Shown in pieces: positions 50,221 to 59,454 of a stretch of 64,000 nt of DNA. Positions within the stretch are counted from its first letter, which is position 1. Each line of letters begins with the position of its first letter. The DNA lies in assembly GCA_037440005.1 (NCBI GenBank), contig JBBIUY010000004.1, positions 1 to 64,000 of the forward strand, in the 5' to 3' direction. The notes under the pieces are model-generated. The model was not told the origin of the DNA. It searched no databases and saw only the letters and a program-made list of their open reading frames with translations. Both the position numbers and the translations under genes were made by a program. Source of the stretch: Armatimonadota bacterium. GTDB lineage: Bacteria; Sysuimicrobiota; Sysuimicrobiia; Sysuimicrobiales; Kaftiobacteriaceae.

Positions 50221-51776
50221 GGGCCCGGGACGACCTGCTTGCGGACCGGGAGCGGCGGCTGCTGCGCTCGCTCCACGCCGGAGGACCCGGCTACTACGCG
50301 CTGCTGGGCGTGCTGGGGGCCCTGGTGGCGTGGGGGGTGATCGGCTACGGCGTCCAGCTCCGCTACGGCCTGGGCGTGACCGGGCTGCGGGACAACGTCA
50401 TGTGGGGCGTGTACATCACCAACTTCATCTTCTTCATCGGGGTCAGCCACGTGGGGGCGCTGATGTCGGCCATCCTGCGCATCACCGGGGCCGAGTGGCG
50501 CCGGCCGATCACCCGCATGGCGGAAGCGATCACCTTCGCCTCGCTGCTCATGGGGGCGTTGATGCCCCTGGTGGACATGGGCCGGCCGGACCGGCTTCTC
50601 AACCTGGTGGCGCACGGCCGACTGCAGTCCCCGATCCTGTGGGACATCCTGTCCATCACCACCTACCTGACCGGCAGCACCCTGTTCCTGTACGTGCCCA
50701 TGATCCCCGACATCGCCCTGCTGCGGGACCGGTTCGCCGCTGGGCCGCCCTGGCGCCGGCGGCTGTACACGGTGCTGGCCCTGGGGTGGCGGGGGACGGA
50801 GGTGCAGCGCCGACACCTGGAGGCGGTCATGGGGATCCTGGCCATCCTGATCATCCCCATCGCCGTCTCCGTGCACACGGTGGTGTCCTGGATCCTGGCC
50901 ATGACCTTGCGGGCGGGCTGGAACAGCACCATCTTCGGCCCCTACTTCGTCTCCGGCGCGCTGTTTTCCGGCGCGGCGGCGGTGGTCACCGCCATGGCGG
51001 CCTTCCGGTGGGCCTACCACCTGGAGGACTACATCACCGAGGCGCACTTCCGGCGGATGGGCTACCTGGTCATCGCCCTGGGGCTGATCTACGGCTACTT
51101 CACCTTCAACGAGTACTGGGTGCCGGCGTTCAAGATGGCGGCCCACGAGCGCGGGTACCTGACGGCGGTGTTCAGCGGGCGGTTTGCCCCCCTGTTCTGG
51201 TTCACCCAGGTGGGCGGACTGCTGTTGCCCGTGGCGCTGCTCACCGTCCCCCGGCTGGCCCTGGTGGAGCGCCTGGGCCGCGTGCCCCTGCTGCGGCCCG
51301 CGCCCGCCCTGGCGGCCACCGCCGCCGCGGTGGGGCTGGTGGTGGTCGCCGCCCCGGGCTCGCCGGTGGCCGCCCTGCCCGACGTCGGCGCCCTGCGCCC
51401 GCTGATCCCCTGGCTTCTCGGGACGGCGGGGAGCTGGCTGTTCCTGGCCCTGCTGCCGGTCTGCCGTGCCCGGCCCATCGCCACGGCCACGGCGGCCTCC
51501 GTCCTGGTGAACGTGGGAGCGTGGTGGAAGCGGTACGTCATCATCGTCCCCACCCTGCAGCACCCGTTCCTGCCCATCCAGCGCGCGCCGGCGGGGTGGG
51601 CCACCTACACGCCCACGTGGGTGGAGTGGTCCATCACGTCGGCGGCCCTGGCGGGTTTCGTGCTGATCTACCTCCTGTTCAGCAAGCTGTTCCCCATCGT
51701 GTCCCTGTGGGAGACCCGGGAGGCTCCGCCGGAGGCCTCAGGAGGCGGGGAGGTGGCCCATGCGCTGGCCCGGTAG
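50217..51776 (+). CDS. NrfD-family quinol-oxidising subunit (ActC-like)
   Basis: GLGVTGL..WG.YITNFIFFIGVSH.G..SAIL..WRRPITR.AE, DMGRP, SVHTVVS, PYFV.GA. Confidence 0.9.
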   Translation: MRARDDLLADRERRLLRSLHAGGPGYYALLGVLGALVAWGVIGYGVQLRYGLGVTGLRDNVMWGVYITNFIFFIGVSHVGALMSAILRITGAEWRRPITRMAEAITFASLLMGALMPLVDMGRPDRLLNLVAHGRLQSPILWDILSITTYLTGSTLFLYVPMIPDIALLRDRFAAGPPWRRRLYTVLALGWRGTEVQRRHLEAVMGILAILIIPIAVSVHTVVSWILAMTLRAGWNSTIFGPYFVSGALFSGAAAVVTAMAAFRWAYHLEDYITEAHFRRMGYLVIALGLIYGYFTFNEYWVPAFKMAAHERGYLTAVFSGRFAPLFWFTQVGGLLLPVALLTVPRLALVERLGRVPLLRPAPALAATAAAVGLVVVAAPGSPVAALPDVGALRPLIPWLLGTAGSWLFLALLPVCRARPIATATAASVLVNVGAWWKRYVIIVPTLQHPFLPIQRAPAGWATYTPTWVEWSITSAALAGFVLIYLLFSKLFPIVSLWETREAPPEASGGGEVAHALAR

Positions 51777-52281
51777 CGCCGCGCTGCTGGCGGCGCTGGC
51801 GCTCACCGCCTCCGCCGCTTCCGCCGCCGCGCGCCTCCACCTGGTCCTCGCGCCCGAGGAGGGGGGAGGACTGCAGGTGGTGGCCGTGGTGACGGACGCC
51901 CCGGGGAGCCCCCGGGAGGGAATCCCGGTGACCTTCCGCGCCCGCACCGCCTTCGGCTGGCTTCCCCTGGGGGAGGGGGTCACCGACGCCTCCGGGCGCG
52001 CGGTCCTGCCGCTGCCCGCGGGCGCGCCGTACCCGGAGATCGAGGCACAGACCGCCGACGACCCGCCGGCCCGGGCCGTGCTGGCGCTGGACCGCCGCGC
52101 GGCCGCACAGCCCGCCGTCCGCCCCGGCCGGCGGACCCTGCACGCCCTCAGCCCGCAGCCGGGCCTGATCAGCCCGTACCCCGTGCCCCCGCTGGCGCTG
52201 TTGGGGGTCCTGGTGGGCGCCATTTGGGCCACCTACGGGTACATCGTGTTCCTGCTCACCCGCATCGCCGCCGGACGCTGA
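51760..52281 (+). CDS. Exported Ig-like domain protein with C-terminal TM
   Basis: Signal peptide, PVTF..TAFG.L.LG...TDASG.A, C-terminal TM; overlaps the nrfD-like gene. Confidence 0.7.
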   Translation: MRWPGSAALLAALALTASAASAAARLHLVLAPEEGGGLQVVAVVTDAPGSPREGIPVTFRARTAFGWLPLGEGVTDASGRAVLPLPAGAPYPEIEAQTADDPPARAVLALDRRAAAQPAVRPGRRTLHALSPQPGLISPYPVPPLALLGVLVGAIWATYGYIVFLLTRIAAGR

Positions 52282-52329
52282 CCCCTCCACCTCCGAGCCG
52301 GCTGGGGACCCGCGCGATCCGGGGCCGGG

Positions 52330-52980
52330 TCAGGGCTCGATGAGGCCTTTGCGGATGGCGTAGCGGACCAGTTCGGTGCGGTCGTGCAGCCCCAGCTTCT
52401 CCAGGATGTGGGCCCGGTGGGTCTGCACGGTCTTGATGCTGATGAACAGGCGCTCGGCGATCTGCTGGTTGGACAGGCCCTGGGCGATGAGGGTGAGGAT
52501 CTCCTTCTCCCGCTCGGTCAGGCCGTCGTAGCGGTCCCGCTCCTCCCCCGCTTCCACCCTCTTGAGGTAGTCCTCCACCACCTTGCGGGCCACCGACGGG
52601 TACAGGAAGGCCTCCCCCCGGGCCGCGGCGCGCACCGCCTGCACCAGGTCGGAGGCGGCGGCCCGCTTGAGGACGTAGCCCGACGCGCCCGCCCGCAGCA
52701 GCTGGAAGACGTAGGACTCGTCCTCGTGCATGGTCAGGGCGAGCACCGCCACGGCGGGGTGGCGCTCCTTCAGCCGGTGGGTGGCCTCGATGCCGCCCAT
52801 GCCCGGCATGCTGATGTCCATGATCACCACGTCGGGCCGCAGGCGCTCCACCAGCTCCAGGGCCTGCCGGCCGTCTCCCGCCTCCCCCACCACCTCGATG
52901 TCCTTCTCCCGGGCCAGGATCATGCGCACGCCCTCGCGGACGATGGCGTGGTCGTCGGCGATGAGGACTCTAATTGCCAT
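52330..52980 (-). CDS. NarL/NreC-like response regulator
   Basis: IADDH, IMDISMP, LTMHED; LTERE HTH. Confidence 0.95.
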   Translation of the reverse strand: MAIRVLIADDHAIVREGVRMILAREKDIEVVGEAGDGRQALELVERLRPDVVIMDISMPGMGGIEATHRLKERHPAVAVLALTMHEDESYVFQLLRAGASGYVLKRAAASDLVQAVRAAARGEAFLYPSVARKVVEDYLKRVEAGEERDRYDGLTEREKEILTLIAQGLSNQQIAERLFISIKTVQTHRAHILEKLGLHDRTELVRYAIRKGLIEP

Positions 52981-54703
52981 CGGGCCCGACCTCCACCGGG
53001 ATGACGGCCTCGATGCGGGTCCCCGCCTGGGGCCGGGAGGTGATCTTCCACGTCCCCCCCAGCAGTTCCGTCCGCTCCTGCATGCCCATCAGCCCCAGCC
53101 CCCGGCCGTCTCCCGCCCGGGGCACGGCCTGGGGGTCGAAGCCGCGGCCGTCGTCGGCCACCGACAGGCGCACCTGCCCGTCGGACAGGGTGACGGCCAC
53201 CCAGGCCCGGCGGGCGTCGGCGTGCTTGAGGATGTTGGTCAGGGCTTCCTGGACGATGCGGAAGACCGCTGTCTCGATGTGGTGGGGCATGCGCTCGTCC
53301 AGGCCCGTCAGGGCCAGATCCACCTGCAGGCCCTGGGGCTCCACGTGCTCCTTCACGTACCAGCGGATGGCCGCCGCCAGCCCCAGGTCGTCCAGGATGG
53401 TGGGGCGCAGGTCGTAGATCATCTTCCGCAGCTCCCGCAGGGTGTCCTCGGCGATGGCCCGCAGGCGGCTCAGGCGCTGCTGCTCCGGCGGCGCGGCCGA
53501 GCGCTCGGCCACCTCCAGGTTGAGGATGAGGGCGGTGAGGGCCTGACCCGCCTCGTCGTGGAGCTCCCGGGCGATGCGGCGGCGCTCGTCCTCGTGGGCG
53601 GTGATGAGCTTCTGCAGCAGTTCGCCCCGCATCACCTCCTTGGCCCGCACCTCCTCGTACAGCCGGGCGCGCTCGGCCGCCAGCCCGATCTGGTCGCCGA
53701 TGGCGGACAGGGTGGCCAGCTCCCGGCTGGTGAGGGTGCGCCGCCGGGGCAGGACCAGGTTCATCACACCGATGACGCCGCCGGCGGTGCGCAGGGGCAC
53801 CGTCACGTGGCGGGGAACCTCCCACCCCGCCTGTTCCAGCCGCTCGCAGTGGATGACGTTCACGGCCGCCTCCAGCTGGCCGCCGCGCAGCATCTGCAGG
53901 CAGCGGCAGTCTCCCCCCATGGCGGCCATACCGGAGGCGGCCAGCTCCAGGGGGAGGTTCTTGGTGGCGGCCACGGTGAAGTCGCCGTCCCGCCGCAGGT
54001 ACACCCAGCCGCTGGTCAGGCGCATCAGGTCCACCAGCAGGTCCAGCGCCCGGCTCACCGCGCTGTGGACGTCCAGAGAGCGGTTGAGGGACTCGGCGAT
54101 GGCGCTCATGGTGACCAGGTCCCGGGTGCGCTGCAGCGCCAGCAGGACGATGCCGATGCTGAACAGCAGGGTGAACATGCCCGAAAACGCCGCCCCCACC
54201 CCCGCCAGGGCCGGGTGAGGCCGCAGCAGGGGGTAGGCCAGCGCCAGCAGCCCGGTCAGCAGCAGCCCCCAGAACAGCAGCCGGGCGCTGGTGGTCTGCA
54301 GGCCCCGTTCCTGGCCGTACAGCAGCCCGGCGCTGCCGGCAAACGCCGCTCCGCCCAGCAGCGAGGCCACCACCGCGGCCGCGGTCCAGGACGTGCCGGC
54401 CAGGACGGCGGAGGCCACGACCCCCGCCCCCGCCAGGACCGTGGCCCGTCGGTCGGGCCGGAAACTCTGGACCATGGCCCACGCCGAGGCCAAAAACAGC
54501 CCGTGCCGCACCGAGACCAGGATGCTGGAGGGGGCGAGGGTGAGCAGGGTCTCAGCCACCACGTGGGCGGCGAAGAGGGCGTAGGCGACGGCCCACCACC
54601 CGATCTGCCGCTCGCGCCCTTCCAGGTACCGCAGCAGTAAAAACAGGGTCAGGGCCAGGTGGATGCCAACGCCGACCGCCAGGGCCCCCGTCAGAACCGT
54701 CAC
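52970..54703 (-). CDS. Multi-TM GAF histidine kinase with CxC-x17-C motif (AirS/YhcY-like)
   Basis: About 7 TM helices, GDCRC-x17-CERL in the GAF, ERRRIARELHD. GTG lies 7 nt after TG-TG-TACGAT, so it is possibly leaderless. Confidence 0.9.
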   Translation of the reverse strand: MTVLTGALAVGVGIHLALTLFLLLRYLEGRERQIGWWAVAYALFAAHVVAETLLTLAPSSILVSVRHGLFLASAWAMVQSFRPDRRATVLAGAGVVASAVLAGTSWTAAAVVASLLGGAAFAGSAGLLYGQERGLQTTSARLLFWGLLLTGLLALAYPLLRPHPALAGVGAAFSGMFTLLFSIGIVLLALQRTRDLVTMSAIAESLNRSLDVHSAVSRALDLLVDLMRLTSGWVYLRRDGDFTVAATKNLPLELAASGMAAMGGDCRCLQMLRGGQLEAAVNVIHCERLEQAGWEVPRHVTVPLRTAGGVIGVMNLVLPRRRTLTSRELATLSAIGDQIGLAAERARLYEEVRAKEVMRGELLQKLITAHEDERRRIARELHDEAGQALTALILNLEVAERSAAPPEQQRLSRLRAIAEDTLRELRKMIYDLRPTILDDLGLAAAIRWYVKEHVEPQGLQVDLALTGLDERMPHHIETAVFRIVQEALTNILKHADARRAWVAVTLSDGQVRLSVADDGRGFDPQAVPRAGDGRGLGLMGMQERTELLGGTWKITSRPQAGTRIEAVIPVEVGPDGN

Positions 54704-54808
54704 ACCCTCTATCGTACACAGTCCGCCCGGGGGTTGTCTTCCGGCTGGTGGACCGCCGCCGGGGGCCTGGGGATCGGCCCGGCATGCGGGGAGGGGACCG
54801 CCCGGTCC

Positions 54809-55012
54809 TCAGCCCGCCCGCCGCAGCGGACGCGCCGGGTCGGGGACGGTCGGCGTCGGGGGAAGGGTCCGGCGGTCCAGGACGGCGATGAGGGGGTACC
54901 CGCACCGGGGGCAGGCGCCGCCCGGCGTGGGGACGAAGACGGCCCCGCAGTGGGGACAGATGGCCAGATCGCCGGGGCGGGGGCGCCGCGGCCGGTCCGC
55001 CGGCAGTGCCAT
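54809..55012 (-). CDS. 67-aa zinc-ribbon microprotein (CPHC..CPRC)
   Basis: GGAGGT RBS and its own operator. Confidence 0.65.
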   Translation of the reverse strand: MALPADRPRRPRPGDLAICPHCGAVFVPTPGGACPRCGYPLIAVLDRRTLPPTPTVPDPARPLRRAG

Positions 55013-55042
55013 GCGCGCCACCTCCGTTCCCGCTCCTCTTCC

Positions 55043-55089
55043 AGTGTACTCCGGCCGTTCCGGCCCGGCCCATCGGGCCTCCGCCCGAG
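55043..55089 (-). promoter_or_regulatory. Operator CTCGG-N8-CCGAT (55072-55089) with -10 TACACT
   Basis: 23-nt spacing. Confidence 0.65.
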
Positions 55090-55114
55090 GGTCCCCTCAT
55101 CCGCCGACGCCCTA

Positions 55115-55161
55115 ATCCGGCTCCCGCCCGATGGCCCCGCGGGGACGGGCGGCCGTATGCT
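55115..55161 (+). promoter_or_regulatory. Operator ATCCG-N8-CCGAT (55115-55132) with -10 TATGCT
   Basis: 23-nt spacing; upstream of a response regulator. Confidence 0.65.
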
Positions 55162-55219
55162 GCTGGTACGGATGCGGAGCGCACCCAGCGCGCAGGCGCC
55201 GGACCGGCGGGGTGAGGAG

Positions 55220-55894
55220 ATGAGCAGGGCGACGCAGGCCGTGTCCCCCATCCGGATCCTGATCGCCGACGACCACGCCGTCGTCCGCGAGGGGATCCGC
55301 ATGATCCTGGAGTCCGAGCCGGATTTCGAAGTGGTCGGGGAAGCCACCACCGGCCGGGAGGCGGTGGACCTGGTGCGGCGGGTGCGCCCGCACGTGGTGG
55401 TCATGGACATCAGCATGCCACAGATGAACGGCGTGGAGGCCACCCGAGAGATCCGCCGGATCAGCCCCGAGACCCACGTGCTCATCCTGACCATGCACGA
55501 GGACGAGTCCTACGTCTTCCAGCTGCTGCAGCTGGGGGCGGCGGGCTACGTGCTCAAGCGGGCCGCCGCCTCGGACCTGGTGGAGGCGGTGCGGGCGGCG
55601 GCGCGGGGCGAGGCGTTCCTGTACCCCTCGGTGGCCCGGAGCGTAGTGCAGGACTACCTGGAGCGGCTGCGCGCGGGCGAAGGGCGGGACCGGTACGACG
55701 GCCTGACCGAGCGGGAACGGGAGATCCTGGTCCTGCTGGCCGAGGGCCTGACCAACGCCCAGATCGCCGAGCGGTTGTTCATCAGCGTCAAGACGGTGCA
55801 GACCCACCGGGCCCACATCATGGAGAAGCTGGACCTCCACGACCGGGCCCTGCTGGTCCGCTACGCCATCCGCAAGGGGCTGATCCAGGCCTGA
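55220..55894 (+). CDS. NarL/NreC-like response regulator, close paralog of 52330-52980
   Basis: GAGGAG RBS; long stretches identical to the 52330-52980 protein. Confidence 0.95.
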   Translation: MSRATQAVSPIRILIADDHAVVREGIRMILESEPDFEVVGEATTGREAVDLVRRVRPHVVVMDISMPQMNGVEATREIRRISPETHVLILTMHEDESYVFQLLQLGAAGYVLKRAAASDLVEAVRAAARGEAFLYPSVARSVVQDYLERLRAGEGRDRYDGLTEREREILVLLAEGLTNAQIAERLFISVKTVQTHRAHIMEKLDLHDRALLVRYAIRKGLIQA

Positions 55895-55984
55895 GGAAAG
55901 GGAAGAGGGAAGAAGGAAGAGGGAAGAGGGGACCGCTGTGTTCCCTCCATGCCTTTTCCTTCTTCCCTCTTCCCTCTTCCCTTC
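55893..55984. repeat. Heptamer (G/A)GGAAGA tandem array with an inverted pyrimidine copy
   Basis: Purine run 55893-55932 and complementary pyrimidine run 55952-55984. Confidence 0.85.
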
Positions 55985-56002
55985 ATGTAAGATGATTACG
56001 CC

Positions 56003-56974
56003 ATGCCGCGGGTGGGCGTGTTGACCAGCGGAGGGGACGCGCCCGGAATGAACGCCGCCATCCGGGCGGTGGTGCGGACGGCGCTGGCCGCCGGGTGGGA
56101 GGTGGTGGGCATCCGCCACGGCTACGCCGGCCTCATCGCCGGCGAGGTGACGCCCCTGACCGCCCGGGACGTGGGCGGGATCATCCAGCTGGGCGGCACC
56201 ATCCTGCACTCGGCGCGCTGCCCGGACTTCTACGCCCCCGAGGGTCGCCGCCGCGCCCTCCAGACCCTGGAGGAGCACCGGATCGACGCCCTGGTGGTCA
56301 TCGGCGGCAGCGGCTCCCAGTGCGGCGCCTACGAACTGTCCCGGGCCGGGGTCCGGGTGGTGGGGGTGGCGTCCACCATCGACAACGACATCTACGGCGC
56401 CGACATCTCCATCGGGGTGGACACCGCGCTCAACATCGCCCTGGAGGCGGTCGACCGGCTGAAGACCACGGCGTCCGCTCTCCAGCGGGCGTTCCTGGTG
56501 GAGGTGATGGGGCGCCAGTGCGGGTACCTGGCCCTGATGACCGCCCTGGCCGGCGGCGCCGAGGCGGTGGTGATTCCCGAGGTCGAGGTCCACCCCGAGC
56601 AGATCGTGGAGGACCTGCGCCTGGCGGCCCGGCGGGGCAAGGCCCACGCCCTGGTGGTGGTGGCCGAGGGAGCGGCGTACAACGCCGAGCGCCTGGTCCG
56701 TTACTTCCAGGAGCACCGGGAGCGGCTGGGCTACGAGCTGCGGGCCACCATCCTGGGCCACGTGCAGCGCGGCGGGGCGCCCACCGCCTTCGACCGCCTG
56801 CTGGCCACCCGGGCTGGGGCGGCCGCCGTGGACCTGCTCACCGAGGGGACCCACGGGGTCATGGTGGGCCTGCGCCGGGGGGAGATCGGGACCACGCCCC
56901 TGGCGGAGGTGGCGGCCAACAGGAAGACGCTGGACCTGCGGCTGCTGGACCTGGTCCGCAGGCTGGCCACCTAG
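56003..56974 (+). CDS. pfkA: ATP-dependent 6-phosphofructokinase family protein
   Basis: TSGGDAPGMN, TIDND, VEVMGR, LGHVQRGG. Confidence 0.92.
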   Translation: MPRVGVLTSGGDAPGMNAAIRAVVRTALAAGWEVVGIRHGYAGLIAGEVTPLTARDVGGIIQLGGTILHSARCPDFYAPEGRRRALQTLEEHRIDALVVIGGSGSQCGAYELSRAGVRVVGVASTIDNDIYGADISIGVDTALNIALEAVDRLKTTASALQRAFLVEVMGRQCGYLALMTALAGGAEAVVIPEVEVHPEQIVEDLRLAARRGKAHALVVVAEGAAYNAERLVRYFQEHRERLGYELRATILGHVQRGGAPTAFDRLLATRAGAAAVDLLTEGTHGVMVGLRRGEIGTTPLAEVAANRKTLDLRLLDLVRRLAT

Positions 56975-56983
56975 GAGGGATCC

Positions 56984-57988
56984 GTGGAGCCGTTGACCGT
57001 CGGCAAGGTGCGCGGCCTGCAGCAGATCTCCGACCCCGGCGGGATTTTCGCCATCTGCGCCATGGACCATCGGGGGTCCCTGCAGCGCCTGCTGGACCCG
57101 CAGGCTCCCGCGCGGGTGGACGCCCGGGCGCTGGTGGAGGTGAAGCTGGACCTGGCCGACGCCCTGGCGCCGGTGTCCACCGCGGTCCTGCTGGACCCGC
57201 TGTACGGCGCCGCCCAGGCGGTGGCCGCCGGCGTCCTGCCGGGCCGGACGGGACTGCTGGTGAGCCTGGAGGAGACCGGCTACGACGACCACCCCCAGGG
57301 ACGGGTCACCCGGCTGCTGGAGGGCTGGAGCGTGGAGAAGACCCGCCGGATGGGGGCGTCGGGCGTGAAGGTCCTGCTGTACTACCGCCCGGACCTCTCC
57401 GACACCGCCGCCCGGCAGCAGGACCTGGTCCGCCAGGTGGCCGAGGACTGCCGGCGGTGGGACCTGCCGTTCGTCCTGGAGCCCATCGTCTACCCCGCCC
57501 CCGGTGAGGATGCGGAGACGTTCGGCGCGCGTCGGGCGGACCTGGTGGTGCGCACCGCCCGGGACCTGGCCGGATTGGGCGTGGACGTGCTCAAGGCCCA
57601 GTTCCCGGCCGACCTGCGTCGCGAGCGGGACCCGGGGGTGCTGCTGGAGGCCTGCCGCCGGCTGGACGCCGCCTCGCCGGTGCCGTGGGTCCTGCTCAGC
57701 GGCGGGGTCGGGTATGACGAGTTTGTTACCCAGGTGGAGATCGCCTGCCGCGCGGGGGCGTCGGGCTTTCTGGCGGGGCGGGCGGTGTGGGAAGACGCCC
57801 TGCGGATTCCCGACCGCGCCGATCGCCGCCGCTGGCTCCAGACGGTCGGGGCCGACCGGATGCGACGGCTGCACCAGATCGCCGGCGAGCACGGCCAGCC
57901 CTGGTGGCGCAAGCGGCGTCTGGCCCGGGACGCCCTGGCGCCGGTGTCCGACTCGTGGTACCGGGAGTACGGCGGAGGGCTGTCATGA
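56984..57988 (+). CDS. lacD: Tagatose-1,6-bisphosphate aldolase (LacD family)
   Basis: AMDHRGSL, VLLDP.YG, KVLLYY, VDVLK, SGFLAGRAVW. Confidence 0.85.
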   Translation: MEPLTVGKVRGLQQISDPGGIFAICAMDHRGSLQRLLDPQAPARVDARALVEVKLDLADALAPVSTAVLLDPLYGAAQAVAAGVLPGRTGLLVSLEETGYDDHPQGRVTRLLEGWSVEKTRRMGASGVKVLLYYRPDLSDTAARQQDLVRQVAEDCRRWDLPFVLEPIVYPAPGEDAETFGARRADLVVRTARDLAGLGVDVLKAQFPADLRRERDPGVLLEACRRLDAASPVPWVLLSGGVGYDEFVTQVEIACRAGASGFLAGRAVWEDALRIPDRADRRRWLQTVGADRMRRLHQIAGEHGQPWWRKRRLARDALAPVSDSWYREYGGGLS

Positions 57989-58128
57989 TGCGGATGGTGC
58001 GGTATGCGGTGGCGGTGGTGCTGGCGGTGGCGGGGACCGCGGTGATCGCCCTGGCGGCGTACGTCGCCTACCTGGTCGGGTTGTGGTCCCGGTCCGCCCG
58101 CCGCGAGCACGCGCCGTCGGCGCGCTAG
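57985..58128 (+). CDS. 47-aa single-TM peptide
   Basis: ATGA overlap with lacD, GGAGGG RBS, hydrophobic core. Confidence 0.55.
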   Translation: MMRMVRYAVAVVLAVAGTAVIALAAYVAYLVGLWSRSARREHAPSAR

Positions 58129-58198
58129 CCCGGGCGCCGACGGCAGAGGGGACAGGTCGTCGGGAGCCCCGCGCTCCCGAACGCGGAGGGGGGAGAGC

Positions 58199-59362
58199 GT
58201 GGCGACGGCAGACGTGGTGGTCGTGGGCGGGGGCGTGACCGGGACCAGCGCGGCGTTCCAGCTGGCCCGCCGGGGACGGCGGGTCCTCCTTCTGGAACGG
58301 AGCACGGTGGGCGCCGGCCCCACCGGCAGGACCGTCGGCATCATCCGCCTGCACTACTCTTACGAGCCGCTGATCCAGCTGGCCGCCCGCAGCCGGGAGA
58401 CCTTCGCCCGCTTCGAGGAGGTCACGGGAGCGACCTGCGACTTCACCCGGTGCGGGTTCCTGCTGCTGGCCCCCGAGCGGGAGATGGACGGCCTGCGGGA
58501 GATCGTGGCCATGCAGCGCCGCCTGGGGATCGAGGCCGAGGTGCTCTCCCCGGACGAGGTGGCGCGGAGGTTCCCGCAGCTGGCCACCCAGGACGTGGCC
58601 GGAGGGGCGTGGGAGCCCGGCTCCGGGTATGCCGACGGGTACGCCACGGCCGCCGGGTTCGCGGCGGCGGCGCGGCGGCTGGGGGCGGAGATCTGGGAGG
58701 GGACGGTCGCCCGGGCGCTGGTGGTCGAGGGCGGGCGGGTGCGGGGGGTGCAGACGTCCCGGGAGGCGGTGGACGCCGGCGCGGTCCTGGTGGCCGCCGG
58801 GCCGTGGACGCCGGGCCTGCTGCACCCCCTGGGCGTGGACATCCCCATCCGGTCCTCCCGCCAGCAGGTGGTCCACCTGGCGCCCCCGGCGGGGTGGCGG
58901 CTGCCGGCGGTGGTGGAGGACATGGTCCTGGGCCTGTACGCCCGCCCGGAAGCCGGGGACACGGTGCTGGCGGGGGTGCTGGAGGAAGAGGCCGAGCAGA
59001 TCGTGCAGCCCGACAGCTACAGCCCGGGGGTGGACTTCGACTTCGTCGAGCGGATCGGGACGCTGTGGGCCCGCCGGTTCCCCGCCGCCCGCGTGGCTCA
59101 GGTGCGGGGCGGATACGCCAGCCTGTACGACATCACCCCCGACTGGCAGCCGGTGCTGGGGACCGTGCCGGAGGTGGGCGGATTGTTCGTGGCGGCCGGG
59201 TTCTCGGGCCACGGGTTCAAGCTCAGCCCGGCCGTGGGCGAGGTCCTCGCGGCGCTGATCACCGGCGACACGCCGCCGGTGGACGTGTCCATGTTCCGGC
59301 TGAGCCGGTTCGCCGAGGGCCGGCTGATCCGCGGCCGTCACGCGCAGGGGATACTGGGGTAG
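58199..59362 (+). CDS. FAD-dependent oxidoreductase (DAO/sarcosine oxidase beta family)
   Basis: VVGGGVTG, VAAGPW, YDITPD, GFSGHGFK. Confidence 0.9.
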   Translation: MATADVVVVGGGVTGTSAAFQLARRGRRVLLLERSTVGAGPTGRTVGIIRLHYSYEPLIQLAARSRETFARFEEVTGATCDFTRCGFLLLAPEREMDGLREIVAMQRRLGIEAEVLSPDEVARRFPQLATQDVAGGAWEPGSGYADGYATAAGFAAAARRLGAEIWEGTVARALVVEGGRVRGVQTSREAVDAGAVLVAAGPWTPGLLHPLGVDIPIRSSRQQVVHLAPPAGWRLPAVVEDMVLGLYARPEAGDTVLAGVLEEEAEQIVQPDSYSPGVDFDFVERIGTLWARRFPAARVAQVRGGYASLYDITPDWQPVLGTVPEVGGLFVAAGFSGHGFKLSPAVGEVLAALITGDTPPVDVSMFRLSRFAEGRLIRGRHAQGILG

Positions 59363-59409
59363 GGAGAAGGGAAGAGGGAAGAAGGAAGAAGGAAGAGGGA
59401 AGAGGGGGA
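59361..59409. repeat. Second heptamer (G/A)GGAAGA tandem array (purine arm only)
   Basis: GGGAAGA GGGAAGA AGGAAGA AGGAAGA GGGAAGA. Confidence 0.85.
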
Positions 59410-59454
59410 CAAGAGGCAGGAGCCGCGGCGGCGGGGTGGGTATCTAATATCCTG

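Noticed and set aside
49017..51776. Apparent fusion ORFs (919 aa here; also 2259-4778, 44701-47283, 58450-60537 and 61884-63896)
   Set aside because: Out-of-frame read-through of neighbouring genes; the true starts are internal
55893..55984. CRISPR array
   Set aside because: Heptamer tandem repeats with no unique spacers and no cas genes
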